Shown piece after piece: positions 8,104 to 17,707 of a DNA stretch of 64,000 nt. Position 1 is the first letter of the stretch; every line of letters begins with the position of its first letter. Source of the DNA: a virus. Lineage: Duplodnaviria; Caudoviricetes. The stretch is taken from positions 1-64,000 of IMG/VR virus record IMGVR_UViG_638276472_000001; one strand, given 5' to 3'. The notes below the pieces were generated by a model. That model searched no databases. It worked only from the letters and a program-made list of their open reading frames with translations, and was not told where the DNA came from. Position numbers and translations under genes: made by a program.

Positions 8104-9717
8104 ATGCCGAGGGGTCAATCCCCCCGCGAAGGCTTCAGTCTCGGTAACGACGATGGCGTCAATGTCGTTGTCGGAGAGAGGTATGGGTATCAGCGTCCCC
8201 CCGAGGGGCACTGTTTCATTCCTCCGTACACAACCAGCCTTGGCGACAAGGCGATGTGGTTCCTACACCAGGTGGGCTTTGAGCTGGACCCCTGGCAGGA
8301 ATTTGTGCTCCGCAACATGCTTAACCTTGATGCGCAAGGCCATTGGGCCGCGTCGGAGGCACTTCTGTTGGTGCCCAGGCAGAATGGAAAGACTGCCATT
8401 ATCGAGGCTCGTGAGCTTGTGGGGTTGTACGTCGTCTGCGACAAGCTGTGTATCCACACTGCCGTGTTGTTCAATGCCGCCCGAGAGTCGTTCTACCGAT
8501 TGAAGGCTCGCATCGAGAACAATGAAACCCTCAATAAGATCACCCGATTCAGGTCGGGTAACGACAACATGTCGATTGAGGTCAAGCCGAAGAAGGAATC
8601 CAGGCACCCGAATGCTGGTGGCCGCGTTATCTACATGGCCCGTGGTACTGCGGTGGCCCGTGGTTTCTCGGCGGATGTGATTGTGCTTGACGAGGCCTTC
8701 GCCCTTGACGAAGCGTCCATCGCCGCAATCGATTACGCCACGTCGGCCCGCGCGAACCCGTTCATCATCTACGCATCTTCGACCGGCTTGGAGGACTCCA
8801 CTGAGCTGGAGAAGCTGCACGACCGTGGTATGCGCCAAGACCCTGATATGCTGTTCATGGAATGGTGCGCGACTACGCGTGACCTGGACGATGAAGAGAA
8901 CTACTATCGTTCGAACCCTGCTCTGGGATACCGTATTTCGATTGAACGTATCCGCAAGGAGCGAAACCGACACTCCGACAAGACCTTTGGTCGTGAGCGT
9001 CTTGGCCTCTGGAATGACAATGCGTTCAACGCCGTCATCCCGGCAGACCAGTGGAAGAGTTTGTGCTTGTGTCACGGCACCGTTCACGACGAACACCGCG
9101 TGGAGGGAGCTGAGGCAGGATGGTCGCGGATTGTCACCCCTACCGTCGTCGCTATCGACTCTGCACCTGACAGTAGCCTGACCACCATCTCGTGGGCGGG
9201 CAAGAATCAGGATGGTCAGGTACAGATCGAAATCCTTCAGGAAGCCAGCGGCGTTGGCTGGGCTGTGGAGTTTGTGGCCATGTTGTATGACCCTCAGCGG
9301 GTCGAGACCCCACCACCTCTGGCCGTCGTTGTCCAGGCTGGTGCTACTGCCGGTCAGTTGATCCCGGAGCTGGAAGCGCTTGGCATTGAGGTGATCCCGT
9401 TCGGATTGCGAGACGCCTGTGATGCATGCAAGTATTTCTACGACCGTGCGAATGACCGTCGTCTGGCTCATCTTGGGGATGTCAGTTTGGCGTCGGCACT
9501 CGGTGGCGCTACGAGGATTTACACAGGCCGCGCGGGTGGCACTAAGGAAGAGCCAGAGTACCGAACCTGGTACTGGGGACGACGAGACACCACCGTCAAC
9601 ATCACGGGGCTTGTCTCCTGCACCTATGCCGCTTGGGGTTTGAACAAGTTTGAAGCCAAGGTGTTGGCCACTCAGGAACCGTGGCAGCGCACCGAACAGG
9701 GAAGTTGGATCTGGTGA
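8104..9717 (+). CDS. terminase large subunit
   Basis: LDPWQ, Walker A VPRQNGKT, Walker B VIVLDEA, SNPALG. Confidence 0.95.
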   Translation: MPRGQSPREGFSLGNDDGVNVVVGERYGYQRPPEGHCFIPPYTTSLGDKAMWFLHQVGFELDPWQEFVLRNMLNLDAQGHWAASEALLLVPRQNGKTAIIEARELVGLYVVCDKLCIHTAVLFNAARESFYRLKARIENNETLNKITRFRSGNDNMSIEVKPKKESRHPNAGGRVIYMARGTAVARGFSADVIVLDEAFALDEASIAAIDYATSARANPFIIYASSTGLEDSTELEKLHDRGMRQDPDMLFMEWCATTRDLDDEENYYRSNPALGYRISIERIRKERNRHSDKTFGRERLGLWNDNAFNAVIPADQWKSLCLCHGTVHDEHRVEGAEAGWSRIVTPTVVAIDSAPDSSLTTISWAGKNQDGQVQIEILQEASGVGWAVEFVAMLYDPQRVETPPPLAVVVQAGATAGQLIPELEALGIEVIPFGLRDACDACKYFYDRANDRRLAHLGDVSLASALGGATRIYTGRAGGTKEEPEYRTWYWGRRDTTVNITGLVSCTYAAWGLNKFEAKVLATQEPWQRTEQGSWIW

Positions 9718-11153
9718 TTGATCTACCGGACGAAGACCTTTCGAGTGAGGGTCTTGCAAAGTACTTGGAAACCAAGGTGTTTCCAAAGATGAACACTGAG
9801 TGCGAGCGTCTTGACGACTTCGAGGCTTGGACGAAGAACGGTCAGGAAGTTCCCGATCTTGCTACCCGCCACAAGAACAAGGAACGTGAAGTCCTACAGC
9901 AGCTTTCGCGTAAGCCGTGGATGGGCTTGATGGTGAATTCCTTTGCGCAGCAGTTGATTGTGGACGGCTACCGCAAGACCGGCACCAATGAGAACGCAAA
10001 GGGTTGGGACACTTGGCGTTTGAACCAGATGGACAAGCAGCAGTTCTGGTTGAACCGCGCCGTCCTGACGTTCGGCTACGCCTTCATCAAGGTCACCTCA
10101 GGCATCTCGCCTCTCGACGGCACCACCGTGGCGCGTATCAAGTGCATCGATCCGCGTGACGCCTTCGCCATCTGGGAGGACCCCTACTGGGACGAGTGGC
10201 CGAAGTATCTTCTTGAGCGCCAGCCCAATGGGCAGTACTGGTGGTGGACCGAAGAGGATTACTCCATCTTCGAATTCAAGCAGGGCAAGTTCATCTACAG
10301 GGAAACCGTGTCACACGACTACGGTCATATTCCGTTTGTGCGCTACGTAAATGTCATGGACCTGCGCGGCGTGTGCTATGGTGATGTTGAGCCACTTGTG
10401 ACTGTTGCGAAGGCGATTGACAAGACCGGCTTGGATATTCTTTTGGTGCAGCATCACCAGTCGTTCCAGATCCGTTGGGCCACTGGTCTTATGCTGCCCG
10501 AGGGTGCGAACGCTGATCAGGAAAAGATGCGCTTCGCCCAGGAGTCCATGCTGATCTCGCAGAATGAGAAGGCCAGCTTCGGCGCGATTCCCGCTGCGCC
10601 CCTTGATGGTTTGCTCAACGCCTACAAGGAATCCCTACTGGAGTTCCTGGCCCTGGCCCAGTTGCCACCGCACATCGCAGGGCAGATCGTCAACGTCGCT
10701 GCCGACGCACTCGCTGCCGGTACACGACAGACCATGCAGAAGCTATTCGAGAAGCAGGCCACGTGGAAGGCTTCTCACAACCAGACCATGCGTCTGGTGA
10801 ACAAGATCGAAGGCCGTACGGAAGAGGCCACCGACCTCGACTTCACGATCACTTGGCAGGATGTCACTATCCAGTCGTTGGCACAGTTCGCTGATGCTTG
10901 GGCCAAGATGGTTGAGTCGCTGAAGATTCCGGCTGAGGGTGTCTGGGACATGATCCCGAACCTTGACCAGTCCACCGTGAACGGGTGGAAGGAAATCTAC
11001 GACCGTGAAGGCGATTTCGGAAAGTACATGCGCAAGTTGCAGAATGGTCCCGACCCCGCCGAACAGCGCGGCGGTCCTAACGGGGCCACCAACATGCAGC
11101 AGGCTAATAACAAGACTGGTGAACCCGCTTCGTTGAACAAGAGTGGGGCATAG
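9714..11153 (+). CDS. portal protein (SPP1 gp6-like)
   Basis: Follows TerL with GTGA overlap; 479 aa; HDYGHIPFVRYVN, QIRWATG motifs. Confidence 0.9.
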   Translation: MIDLPDEDLSSEGLAKYLETKVFPKMNTECERLDDFEAWTKNGQEVPDLATRHKNKEREVLQQLSRKPWMGLMVNSFAQQLIVDGYRKTGTNENAKGWDTWRLNQMDKQQFWLNRAVLTFGYAFIKVTSGISPLDGTTVARIKCIDPRDAFAIWEDPYWDEWPKYLLERQPNGQYWWWTEEDYSIFEFKQGKFIYRETVSHDYGHIPFVRYVNVMDLRGVCYGDVEPLVTVAKAIDKTGLDILLVQHHQSFQIRWATGLMLPEGANADQEKMRFAQESMLISQNEKASFGAIPAAPLDGLLNAYKESLLEFLALAQLPPHIAGQIVNVAADALAAGTRQTMQKLFEKQATWKASHNQTMRLVNKIEGRTEEATDLDFTITWQDVTIQSLAQFADAWAKMVESLKIPAEGVWDMIPNLDQSTVNGWKEIYDREGDFGKYMRKLQNGPDPAEQRGGPNGATNMQQANNKTGEPASLNKSGA

Positions 11154-11157
11154 GTGA

Positions 11158-12192
11158 ATGGCAAGGCTGAAGAGTCTCGATGATGTTGTCGATGAGCTGA
11201 ATCGTCAGCACAGTGCGGACCAGGAAACGATTGCGAACAACCTGGCGTTGGCACTGTGGCCTTTGTGGCGCATCCTCGACTTCGAGGACTTGGATCGTTC
11301 CTCGATCCTCTGGCTGGACGCAAGTCTGCCCAGGATTCAGACCGCCTACTATCAGAGCCAGCGTGTCGCGGCAGCGCACGCGGCGAACGTCCGATTTGCG
11401 ACTCTGCCTACGGCAGAACCCCTTCCGTTGATCGTTCCTAGCGTAGAGATTCCAAATGGGGTGCGAGAGGATCACTTTGAGCTTCCATCGTTCGGCAACT
11501 TCGATCCGGAGGATGCTCTCACCTTTGACCCGCCCAAGTTGGACGACATTGCCACCTCTTTGATGATTGAAGGCCCTTGGTCCATCAAGAAGCAAATGCC
11601 GGTGACGGATGAGAAGGCCGTGATGGACGCGGCGCTCGTTCGCACGAGCGGAGCGGCTATTCGCCAGAGCCTAAAGGGTGCAAGGAATGTCACCCACAAC
11701 GTCATCAAGATGGATCGAAAGGTTCTGGGCTATGCTAGGTACACCGACTCTAACCCATGTCATTTCTGCGCTATCCTCGCGTCACGTGGGGCGGTATACT
11801 CCCGCGATTCGTTTGTGGATTCACACCCAAATTTTCGCGCTAACCCTCAGGCCGCAGATGTCCCTAGCGACTTCGTAACGATCTCGCGCGTACACAACAA
11901 CTGTAGGTGTACGTTGAGGCCGGTGTATTCGAAGTCCCAGGAAATGGACGACGACGCAAGGGATTACCGCGCGCAGTGGAAGGCCATCGTGGAGGACAAT
12001 CCTGGTGCGTCTGCGGATGAGCTGATGAAGAAGTGGCGTGAGCACTATGTACCTCATGACCGCACTGAAGCGAATGTGCTTGAGCTGCAAAATCAGTTGC
12101 GCGAACGTGAAGATGCGTTGCTGGACACTGGGTTTGACCTTTTGTCCCCTCAGGTGACGTGGGCGCGTCGTACGCAAACTCTACTGGCATAA
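11158..12192 (+). CDS. capsid maturation / MuF-like minor head protein
   Basis: YARY...PCHFCAILASRGAVY...HNNCRC. Confidence 0.85.
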   Translation: MARLKSLDDVVDELNRQHSADQETIANNLALALWPLWRILDFEDLDRSSILWLDASLPRIQTAYYQSQRVAAAHAANVRFATLPTAEPLPLIVPSVEIPNGVREDHFELPSFGNFDPEDALTFDPPKLDDIATSLMIEGPWSIKKQMPVTDEKAVMDAALVRTSGAAIRQSLKGARNVTHNVIKMDRKVLGYARYTDSNPCHFCAILASRGAVYSRDSFVDSHPNFRANPQAADVPSDFVTISRVHNNCRCTLRPVYSKSQEMDDDARDYRAQWKAIVEDNPGASADELMKKWREHYVPHDRTEANVLELQNQLREREDALLDTGFDLLSPQVTWARRTQTLLA

Positions 12193-12246
12193 GGCCAGGG
12201 CCGGTTTACGAGCAGCCGTGTAATTGCTCGGATATGGAGTAGAACA

Positions 12247-12903
12247 ATGGACGACCTCGATTTCGGCACCGAAGATGGTGGCGCAGAGGAAAATACGACC
12301 GGCACCGATTCCGGTCAGGATTCCGGCGACGATAATGCTGATGGCCCTGTGACCTTCGAGTCGAAGGCCGATCTTGTCAAGTACGTCAACGGGATTGTGA
12401 AGACTCGCGTTGCACGCGAGAGCAGGAAGTACGCTCCTGTTGTGCAAGAGCGTGATACACTGAAGTCGGAACTAGAGAAGCTTCGTGCTCAGTCTCCAGA
12501 GTCCAAGGATTCCACCACTCAGCCCGACCCTCGCGTCGATGAGTTGCAGAAGCAGTTGAATGAACTGCTGGAATACCGCAAGACCACTGAGCGCAATGAA
12601 CTTGTTAGGCGCGTAGCCAAGGACAAGGGTCTCCCCGAGGAATTCATTCCTCACGTGAACATCGTGGGAGACGACGAGGATGACATCGCTTCTAGCATCG
12701 AAGATTTCGTCTCGCTACTGCCGAAGAATGAGCAGAAGCAGCAGAACTTGAAGACCAAGCCTGACACTAAGGACGAAGGCAAGGGCGACAAGGGCCGTGG
12801 CGGCAACACAAAGCCGGATGACGACAACGACATTGATCCGAAGGCGTTGGCCCATAAGATCGGTCGTTACGGTCAGAATCTTCCATTCGTCGTAAGCAAC
12901 TGA
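12247..12903 (+). CDS. scaffolding protein
   Basis: Acidic N-terminus, coiled coil, position before capsid. Confidence 0.85.
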   Translation: MDDLDFGTEDGGAEENTTGTDSGQDSGDDNADGPVTFESKADLVKYVNGIVKTRVARESRKYAPVVQERDTLKSELEKLRAQSPESKDSTTQPDPRVDELQKQLNELLEYRKTTERNELVRRVAKDKGLPEEFIPHVNIVGDDEDDIASSIEDFVSLLPKNEQKQQNLKTKPDTKDEGKGDKGRGGNTKPDDDNDIDPKALAHKIGRYGQNLPFVVSN

Positions 12904-12953
12904 TCCTCCGGATTTCCTTTCTGTAACCCCCCTTTCCATATAAGGACTTCGAA

Positions 12954-14132
12954 ATGGCAAATGCCTTTAGCAAGCCCACTGCGGTGGTAGATACCGCCAT
13001 CCAGATGCTTCAGAATGAGTTGATTCTGACTAATCTGGTGTGGCTGAACGGTATCGGCGATTTCGCTCACAAGTTCAACGACACGATCACTGTGCGTGTG
13101 CCTGCGCCTTCGCGTGGCCACACTCGCAAGCTGCGTGGCGCTGGCGCTGAGCGCAACCTGACTGTCTCGGACTTCACCGAGGACAGCTTCCCGGTCACTC
13201 TGACCGACGTGGCATACCACCTTGGCGTGCTGACCGATGAAGAGTTGACTTTCGACCTTGAGTCGTTCGCAACTCAGATTCTTCCGCGTCAGGTCCGTGG
13301 CGTGGCCGACATCCTCGAAGAGGGTGTTCGTGACATGATCGTTGGCGCGCCTTACGAGGCTGCTGGCGCGGTTCACGAGGTCGCTCCGGATGAGTTCTTC
13401 AAGGGCGTCAACGGCGCTCGCCGTGCTCTGAACGAGCTGTACATCCCGCAGGGCCGCGTCCTGGTTGTGGGTACCGCCGTGACTGAGCAGATCTTGAACG
13501 ACGACCGCTTCATCAAGTATGAGAGCCAGGGCCAGTCGGCTGTGAGCGCTCTACAGGAAGCACGTCTTGGCCGCATCTACGGCTACGAGATTGTCGAGTC
13601 CACCTTGATCCCTCATGGTGACGCTTACCTGTATCACCCAACCGCTTTCATCATGGCAACTCGCGCACCGGCACCGCCTATGGGTGCTGTCCGTTCGACT
13701 GCCATCAGTGGCGACCAGCGTATCGCCATGCGTTGGCTGGTGGACTACGACTCGACTATCACGTCGAACCGTAGCCTGATCGACACCTACTTCGGTCTGA
13801 AGGTTGTGGAAGATCCTAACGGTGTCGGCTTCGTCCGTGCCCGCAAGATCCACCTGATCCCTGGCAGCATCGAGGTTGCCCCTGAGGCTGGCGCGAACGC
13901 TACGATCACCGCCGCTGCTGGCGAGGATCACACTGTGCAGTTGAAGGTTACTGACGCCAATGGCGACGATGTGACCGCTCTGTGCGATTTCGAGTCGAGT
14001 GCGACCGACAAGGCCACTGTTGCGGCTGGCGGTCTTGTAACTGGTGTTGCGGCTGGCACTTCGACTGTCACTGCAACCTTGGTTACCCCTTCGGGCGACC
14101 GCGAAGACACCATCGTCATCACCGTTGTGTGA
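12954..14132 (+). CDS. major capsid protein with C-terminal Ig-like domain
   Basis: DTITVRVP, LGRIYGYEIVES; C-terminal FESS...ATV..GLVTGVAAGT.TVT (Big_2). Confidence 0.93.
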   Translation: MANAFSKPTAVVDTAIQMLQNELILTNLVWLNGIGDFAHKFNDTITVRVPAPSRGHTRKLRGAGAERNLTVSDFTEDSFPVTLTDVAYHLGVLTDEELTFDLESFATQILPRQVRGVADILEEGVRDMIVGAPYEAAGAVHEVAPDEFFKGVNGARRALNELYIPQGRVLVVGTAVTEQILNDDRFIKYESQGQSAVSALQEARLGRIYGYEIVESTLIPHGDAYLYHPTAFIMATRAPAPPMGAVRSTAISGDQRIAMRWLVDYDSTITSNRSLIDTYFGLKVVEDPNGVGFVRARKIHLIPGSIEVAPEAGANATITAAAGEDHTVQLKVTDANGDDVTALCDFESSATDKATVAAGGLVTGVAAGTSTVTATLVTPSGDREDTIVITVV

Positions 14133-14144
14133 TAGGAGGATTCC

Positions 14145-14621
14145 ATGGCCGCTCTAGTGTCGGTCGAGGAATTCACCACGTTTCTCAGGGTTCCTCTTCC
14201 AGAAGAGGGTTCTGAGAAGTATACACAGATGGAGTTTCTACTCACCTTGGCAAGTGACTGGGCGCGTGAGTTGTCGTGCAAGCCTTGGCTTCTCCCGGCT
14301 GACGCCCCGGTCACTGCAAGGGGTATCATTCTGGCGGCTAGCCGTCGTGAGTGGAACAACCCCAAGCGTGTGAGCTATGTGGTCAAGGGACCGCAGTCCG
14401 CAACGTTTATGCAGTCTGCTTATCCGCCTGGGTTTTTCACCGATGCGGAAGAGGCAAAGCTTCGTTCGTATGGCCGCTCCACGGGCAACTGGGGAGTGAT
14501 CGAGACGTATAGGGATGACGAAGAGCAGCTTAACGGCTACTTGGAGGTCTACCCGCATGGTGGTCTGATGCCGGTGTATCACCCCGATGACATCGGCTAC
14601 GGAGGTTCGATTCACCCATGA
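14145..14621 (+). CDS. head-to-tail adaptor
   Basis: Position; AS..AR...W.NP....GP...FT..E..KL motif. Confidence 0.8.
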   Translation: MAALVSVEEFTTFLRVPLPEEGSEKYTQMEFLLTLASDWARELSCKPWLLPADAPVTARGIILAASRREWNNPKRVSYVVKGPQSATFMQSAYPPGFFTDAEEAKLRSYGRSTGNWGVIETYRDDEEQLNGYLEVYPHGGLMPVYHPDDIGYGGSIHP

Positions 14622-14959
14622 GTGTAGCGAAGGTTTATCGACGCCAGTTGGATTGGCGCGGAGACCCGCTCGAAACTGAGTACCTTGGCGACATTCATGA
14701 CGTGATCATTGGTGGCGCTGTGCCACAGGAGCTTTCGCGATTCCCGGGACTTGTGAGTACCGAAGGCCAGGTTGGCATTCCGTTCGAGCAGGACTCGGGA
14801 ATTCTTGTGCAGAAGGCAGATGTCCTAGTAATCAACAACGTTGCGTACACGGTGGTTGGTCCTCGTCAGTGGGATGAAGACCATACTTTTGCCGGTACTG
14901 ACGTGGTGGATGAGCTATACTGGGTACAGGTGGAGGCAAGTCATGGCCGACCTCAATAG
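14618..14959 (+). CDS. head-to-tail stopper
   Basis: Position; D..GDP, D...I....Y.V.G. Confidence 0.75.
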   Translation: MSVAKVYRRQLDWRGDPLETEYLGDIHDVIIGGAVPQELSRFPGLVSTEGQVGIPFEQDSGILVQKADVLVINNVAYTVVGPRQWDEDHTFAGTDVVDELYWVQVEASHGRPQ

Positions 14960-15338
14960 CGGCTACGCCTACATCGAAGATTTGAAGCTGTATGGCCCGC
15001 CGAATAAGGTTCTGGCCCAGATCCTTGTCGGTAATCAGATGTACAACCTCGTGGCTGAGTACGTGCTGAAGGTGGCGATTCATTTCACCACCAAGGAAGC
15101 TCGCTCGCCGTACCGTGACAGGACTCGTCAGTATCGTCGCGGTGGCCATACCCCCGGTCAGCAGGTCCGCAACATGGACTATGACGTGGCAATGGGGAAT
15201 GACCGTTGGATTGGCCAGATTACGCTTAGGGAAGATTACTCGGGCGCTGACCAGTACGGTCGTAAGAAGTACGCAAGGTATCGCGGTAGCCAGTCTCTTC
15301 GTGAGTCGCTGCACGCGGTGCTTCCTCACCAGCCTTAA
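14943..15338 (+). CDS. neck / tail completion protein
   Basis: GGAGG SD; position in head-tail module. Confidence 0.7.
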   Translation: MADLNSGYAYIEDLKLYGPPNKVLAQILVGNQMYNLVAEYVLKVAIHFTTKEARSPYRDRTRQYRRGGHTPGQQVRNMDYDVAMGNDRWIGQITLREDYSGADQYGRKKYARYRGSQSLRESLHAVLPHQP

Positions 15339-15347
15339 GGATTCGAG

Positions 15348-15860
15348 ATGGCAGACTTTCTACCCGATTGGTGGGAGGGACCTGAATATCTCGACGTGGA
15401 AGATCTGTTCGCGCAGCACTTCCAGAAGCTTCTGCCGAATGTCCGTGTGTGCCACTGGATTCAGCCAGATTGGTACATTCCAACGGGATTCGTGGATGCA
15501 ACCCCAACTTACGGTACGGAGCCGACTCTCCGGTTGTGGCGTCAGCCTGGGCAGCGTGACGATGAATCCACTACTGATGCACCGCTTTTGCAGTTCGCAG
15601 CAGTAACCCGCTCGCATGGGGACTCGATCCAGTTGATTGAGTTTGTGCATACGGTGATGAGGGCGCTCAACAACGGGCACAAGATCAAGTACAACGGACA
15701 ATTGGTCGGCATCAAGAATGTCGGTTTGTGGCTTGGCCCGCAGACGATTCCAGAGGGTCCTATTGATGAGTTCTTCGTTCCGGTGACGTACAAGTTCACG
15801 GTCGCCGGTAAGAAGCTCCAGCCCAACTACCGCAAGATTTTGGATTCCCTTAACGATTAA
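15348..15860 (+). CDS. tail terminator
   Basis: Directly before major tail; LPDWW....LDVE motif. Confidence 0.75.
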   Translation: MADFLPDWWEGPEYLDVEDLFAQHFQKLLPNVRVCHWIQPDWYIPTGFVDATPTYGTEPTLRLWRQPGQRDDESTTDAPLLQFAAVTRSHGDSIQLIEFVHTVMRALNNGHKIKYNGQLVGIKNVGLWLGPQTIPEGPIDEFFVPVTYKFTVAGKKLQPNYRKILDSLND

Positions 15861-15869
15861 GGATTTTCG

Positions 15870-16781
15870 ATGGCAGACTTCGAAAACGTACGCGCAGCAC
15901 AGCAGGACTTGGTTCTGTCGAAGCTGTCGCTTGCCGTGTTGTTCGCCAAGATGGACACTCCTCTGTTGACCACGATTGAGGACCCTGCCACTGGTGACCT
16001 GGTCGAGCTGGACGACTATCGTTCCGCTGGCATTATCCAGAAGGACGCTGGTCTTTCGATCACTTCGGACATCGAGTCGAGTGACATCGAGGGCTACGGT
16101 GAGGTCGAGCCTGTTCGTACCATCATCACCAAGCGTACTACCCGCTTCAACGCTTCGTTCATCGAGACTAACCGCGAGGTGATCGAGAAGTATTGGGGCA
16201 TCGAGCTTGACGCTACCAACCTGACTGTTTCGGCTCAGGGTGGCGTGACCGTGAAGGCTCCACCTCGTCCGAAGAACATCTTCTACCGCTGCATCCTGCT
16301 TGGTCAGGACGAGGTCAACGGTGAGGACCTGTTCCCGTACTGGATTCTTCCGAAGGTCAAGCTGACCGAGGTTGACAACATGGACTTCCGTGACGACGCG
16401 GAAATCCAGTACCGTATGACCTTCCAGGCGTTCCGTGACCCTGAGGGCAAGTTCTCGGTTATCCAGGGTTGGTGTGGTCCTGGTTGGCGTCTGCTGGTTG
16501 ACAAGACCGGCTTCGTGGCTCCACCTGAGGCTATCGTGGTCAGCCCTGATCCGATCACTATTAGTGTTTCGGATACTGAGCAGCTTGAGGTGTTGGCCGA
16601 CAACGGCATCAACCGCACTCCGAACGCTAAGTTCGAGTCGAGCGATCCTGCGATGGCCAGCGTTTCGGCTACTGGTTTGGTGACTGGTGTGGCTGCCGGT
16701 TCGGCTACTATCACTGTGACGTACGATCCGCCTACTGGCGCACCGTTGACCGATAGTGTGAGCGTCACTGTCACTGCCTAA
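15870..16781 (+). CDS. major tail protein with C-terminal Ig-like domain
   Basis: EGYGEVEPVRTIIT, WCGPGW; C-terminal SSDP.MASVS.TGLVTGVAAGSATITVT. Confidence 0.92.
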   Translation: MADFENVRAAQQDLVLSKLSLAVLFAKMDTPLLTTIEDPATGDLVELDDYRSAGIIQKDAGLSITSDIESSDIEGYGEVEPVRTIITKRTTRFNASFIETNREVIEKYWGIELDATNLTVSAQGGVTVKAPPRPKNIFYRCILLGQDEVNGEDLFPYWILPKVKLTEVDNMDFRDDAEIQYRMTFQAFRDPEGKFSVIQGWCGPGWRLLVDKTGFVAPPEAIVVSPDPITISVSDTEQLEVLADNGINRTPNAKFESSDPAMASVSATGLVTGVAAGSATITVTYDPPTGAPLTDSVSVTVTA

Positions 16782-16933
16782 GGTCGGAAGCCTTAGCATC
16801 TGGGGCGGTCAACCGGGGTAACACTCCGTATATGCCTACCCCCGCACTTATAGGAACCCTCAGTGGGACTTGGAGATAGCATCTCCTTTTCCTGCTGGGG
16901 GTTTCCTCGTTTCACAACAAAGGAGCAATTATC

Positions 16934-17278
16934 ATGGCTGGCAAGGCAACTGTGAAGGTTCAGGAAGACGCCGTCGATACTTTGGTCGATGAGACCTTGG
17001 GCGACGAGGACCGTTGGAATGACTACGTCACCGAAAACCCATGCCCCCCACTGGTTGTCAAGGGCATCCGCTTGACGCAGCCTTCGACTGAGGCTGTTGA
17101 GGAATGGACTCGCCGTCTGAATGAGCCGGATTCGGATGCTATTCTGATGGGGGAAGAGAACTACAAGAAGCTGAAGGCAGCTTTTGCGAAGGCCCCGTTC
17201 GGCGCGTGGCGTAACTTCCAGCGCGACTACATGACTCACATGTTCGGCTCGGATGATATGGCGACACTGGGAAAGTAA
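16934..17278 (+). CDS. tail assembly chaperone (gpG-like)
   Basis: AAGGAG SD; ends with slippery GGGAAAG before TAA. Confidence 0.88.
   Translation: MAGKATVKVQEDAVDTLVDETLGDEDRWNDYVTENPCPPLVVKGIRLTQPSTEAVEEWTRRLNEPDSDAILMGEENYKKLKAAFAKAPFGAWRNFQRDYMTHMFGSDDMATLGK
17269..17275 (+). other. programmed -1 frameshift site G GGA AAG
   Basis: X XXY YYZ heptamer; -1 frame is open into 17287-17700. Confidence 0.88.
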
Positions 17279-17286
17279 TTCAGGTC

Positions 17287-17700
17287 GTGAATCGCCACTG
17301 GGATGCGATCTCATGGGATTTCGATGAGATTCTTCACTTCTCGGCCTTCGAATACTTCCAGTGGACCCCTGCGCCGACGCGTTCGGGGTGGATGCGTAAG
17401 CGCCCGTGGCACGACTTTCTGTCGAAGGTGCAGCGTCTCGCTGAGATGGATGGTACCGCTACTCAAGAGTCCATTTTGCATGACCCTGAGGTTGTGGAGT
17501 GGATGGCCACTCACAAGCCGGGTAAGGCTGAGCCTCGTATCTGGGGCCAGACTCGCATCGTGAATCTGTTGATGTCGCAGATCGAGGTGGCGACCGGCAA
17601 GCCTATGAAGCGCGCGGTCATCCCTGGCGAGAAGCTAAGGGAGAAGCGCAATGTGAACCGTTTGAAGAACACCCTGTCCCGGATTGGGGTGCATAACTAG
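17287..17700 (+). CDS. tail assembly chaperone frameshift extension (gpT-like)
   Basis: -1 frame relative to upstream gene; precedes tape measure. Confidence 0.85.
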   Translation: MNRHWDAISWDFDEILHFSAFEYFQWTPAPTRSGWMRKRPWHDFLSKVQRLAEMDGTATQESILHDPEVVEWMATHKPGKAEPRIWGQTRIVNLLMSQIEVATGKPMKRAVIPGEKLREKRNVNRLKNTLSRIGVHN

Positions 17701-17707
17701 GAGAGCC

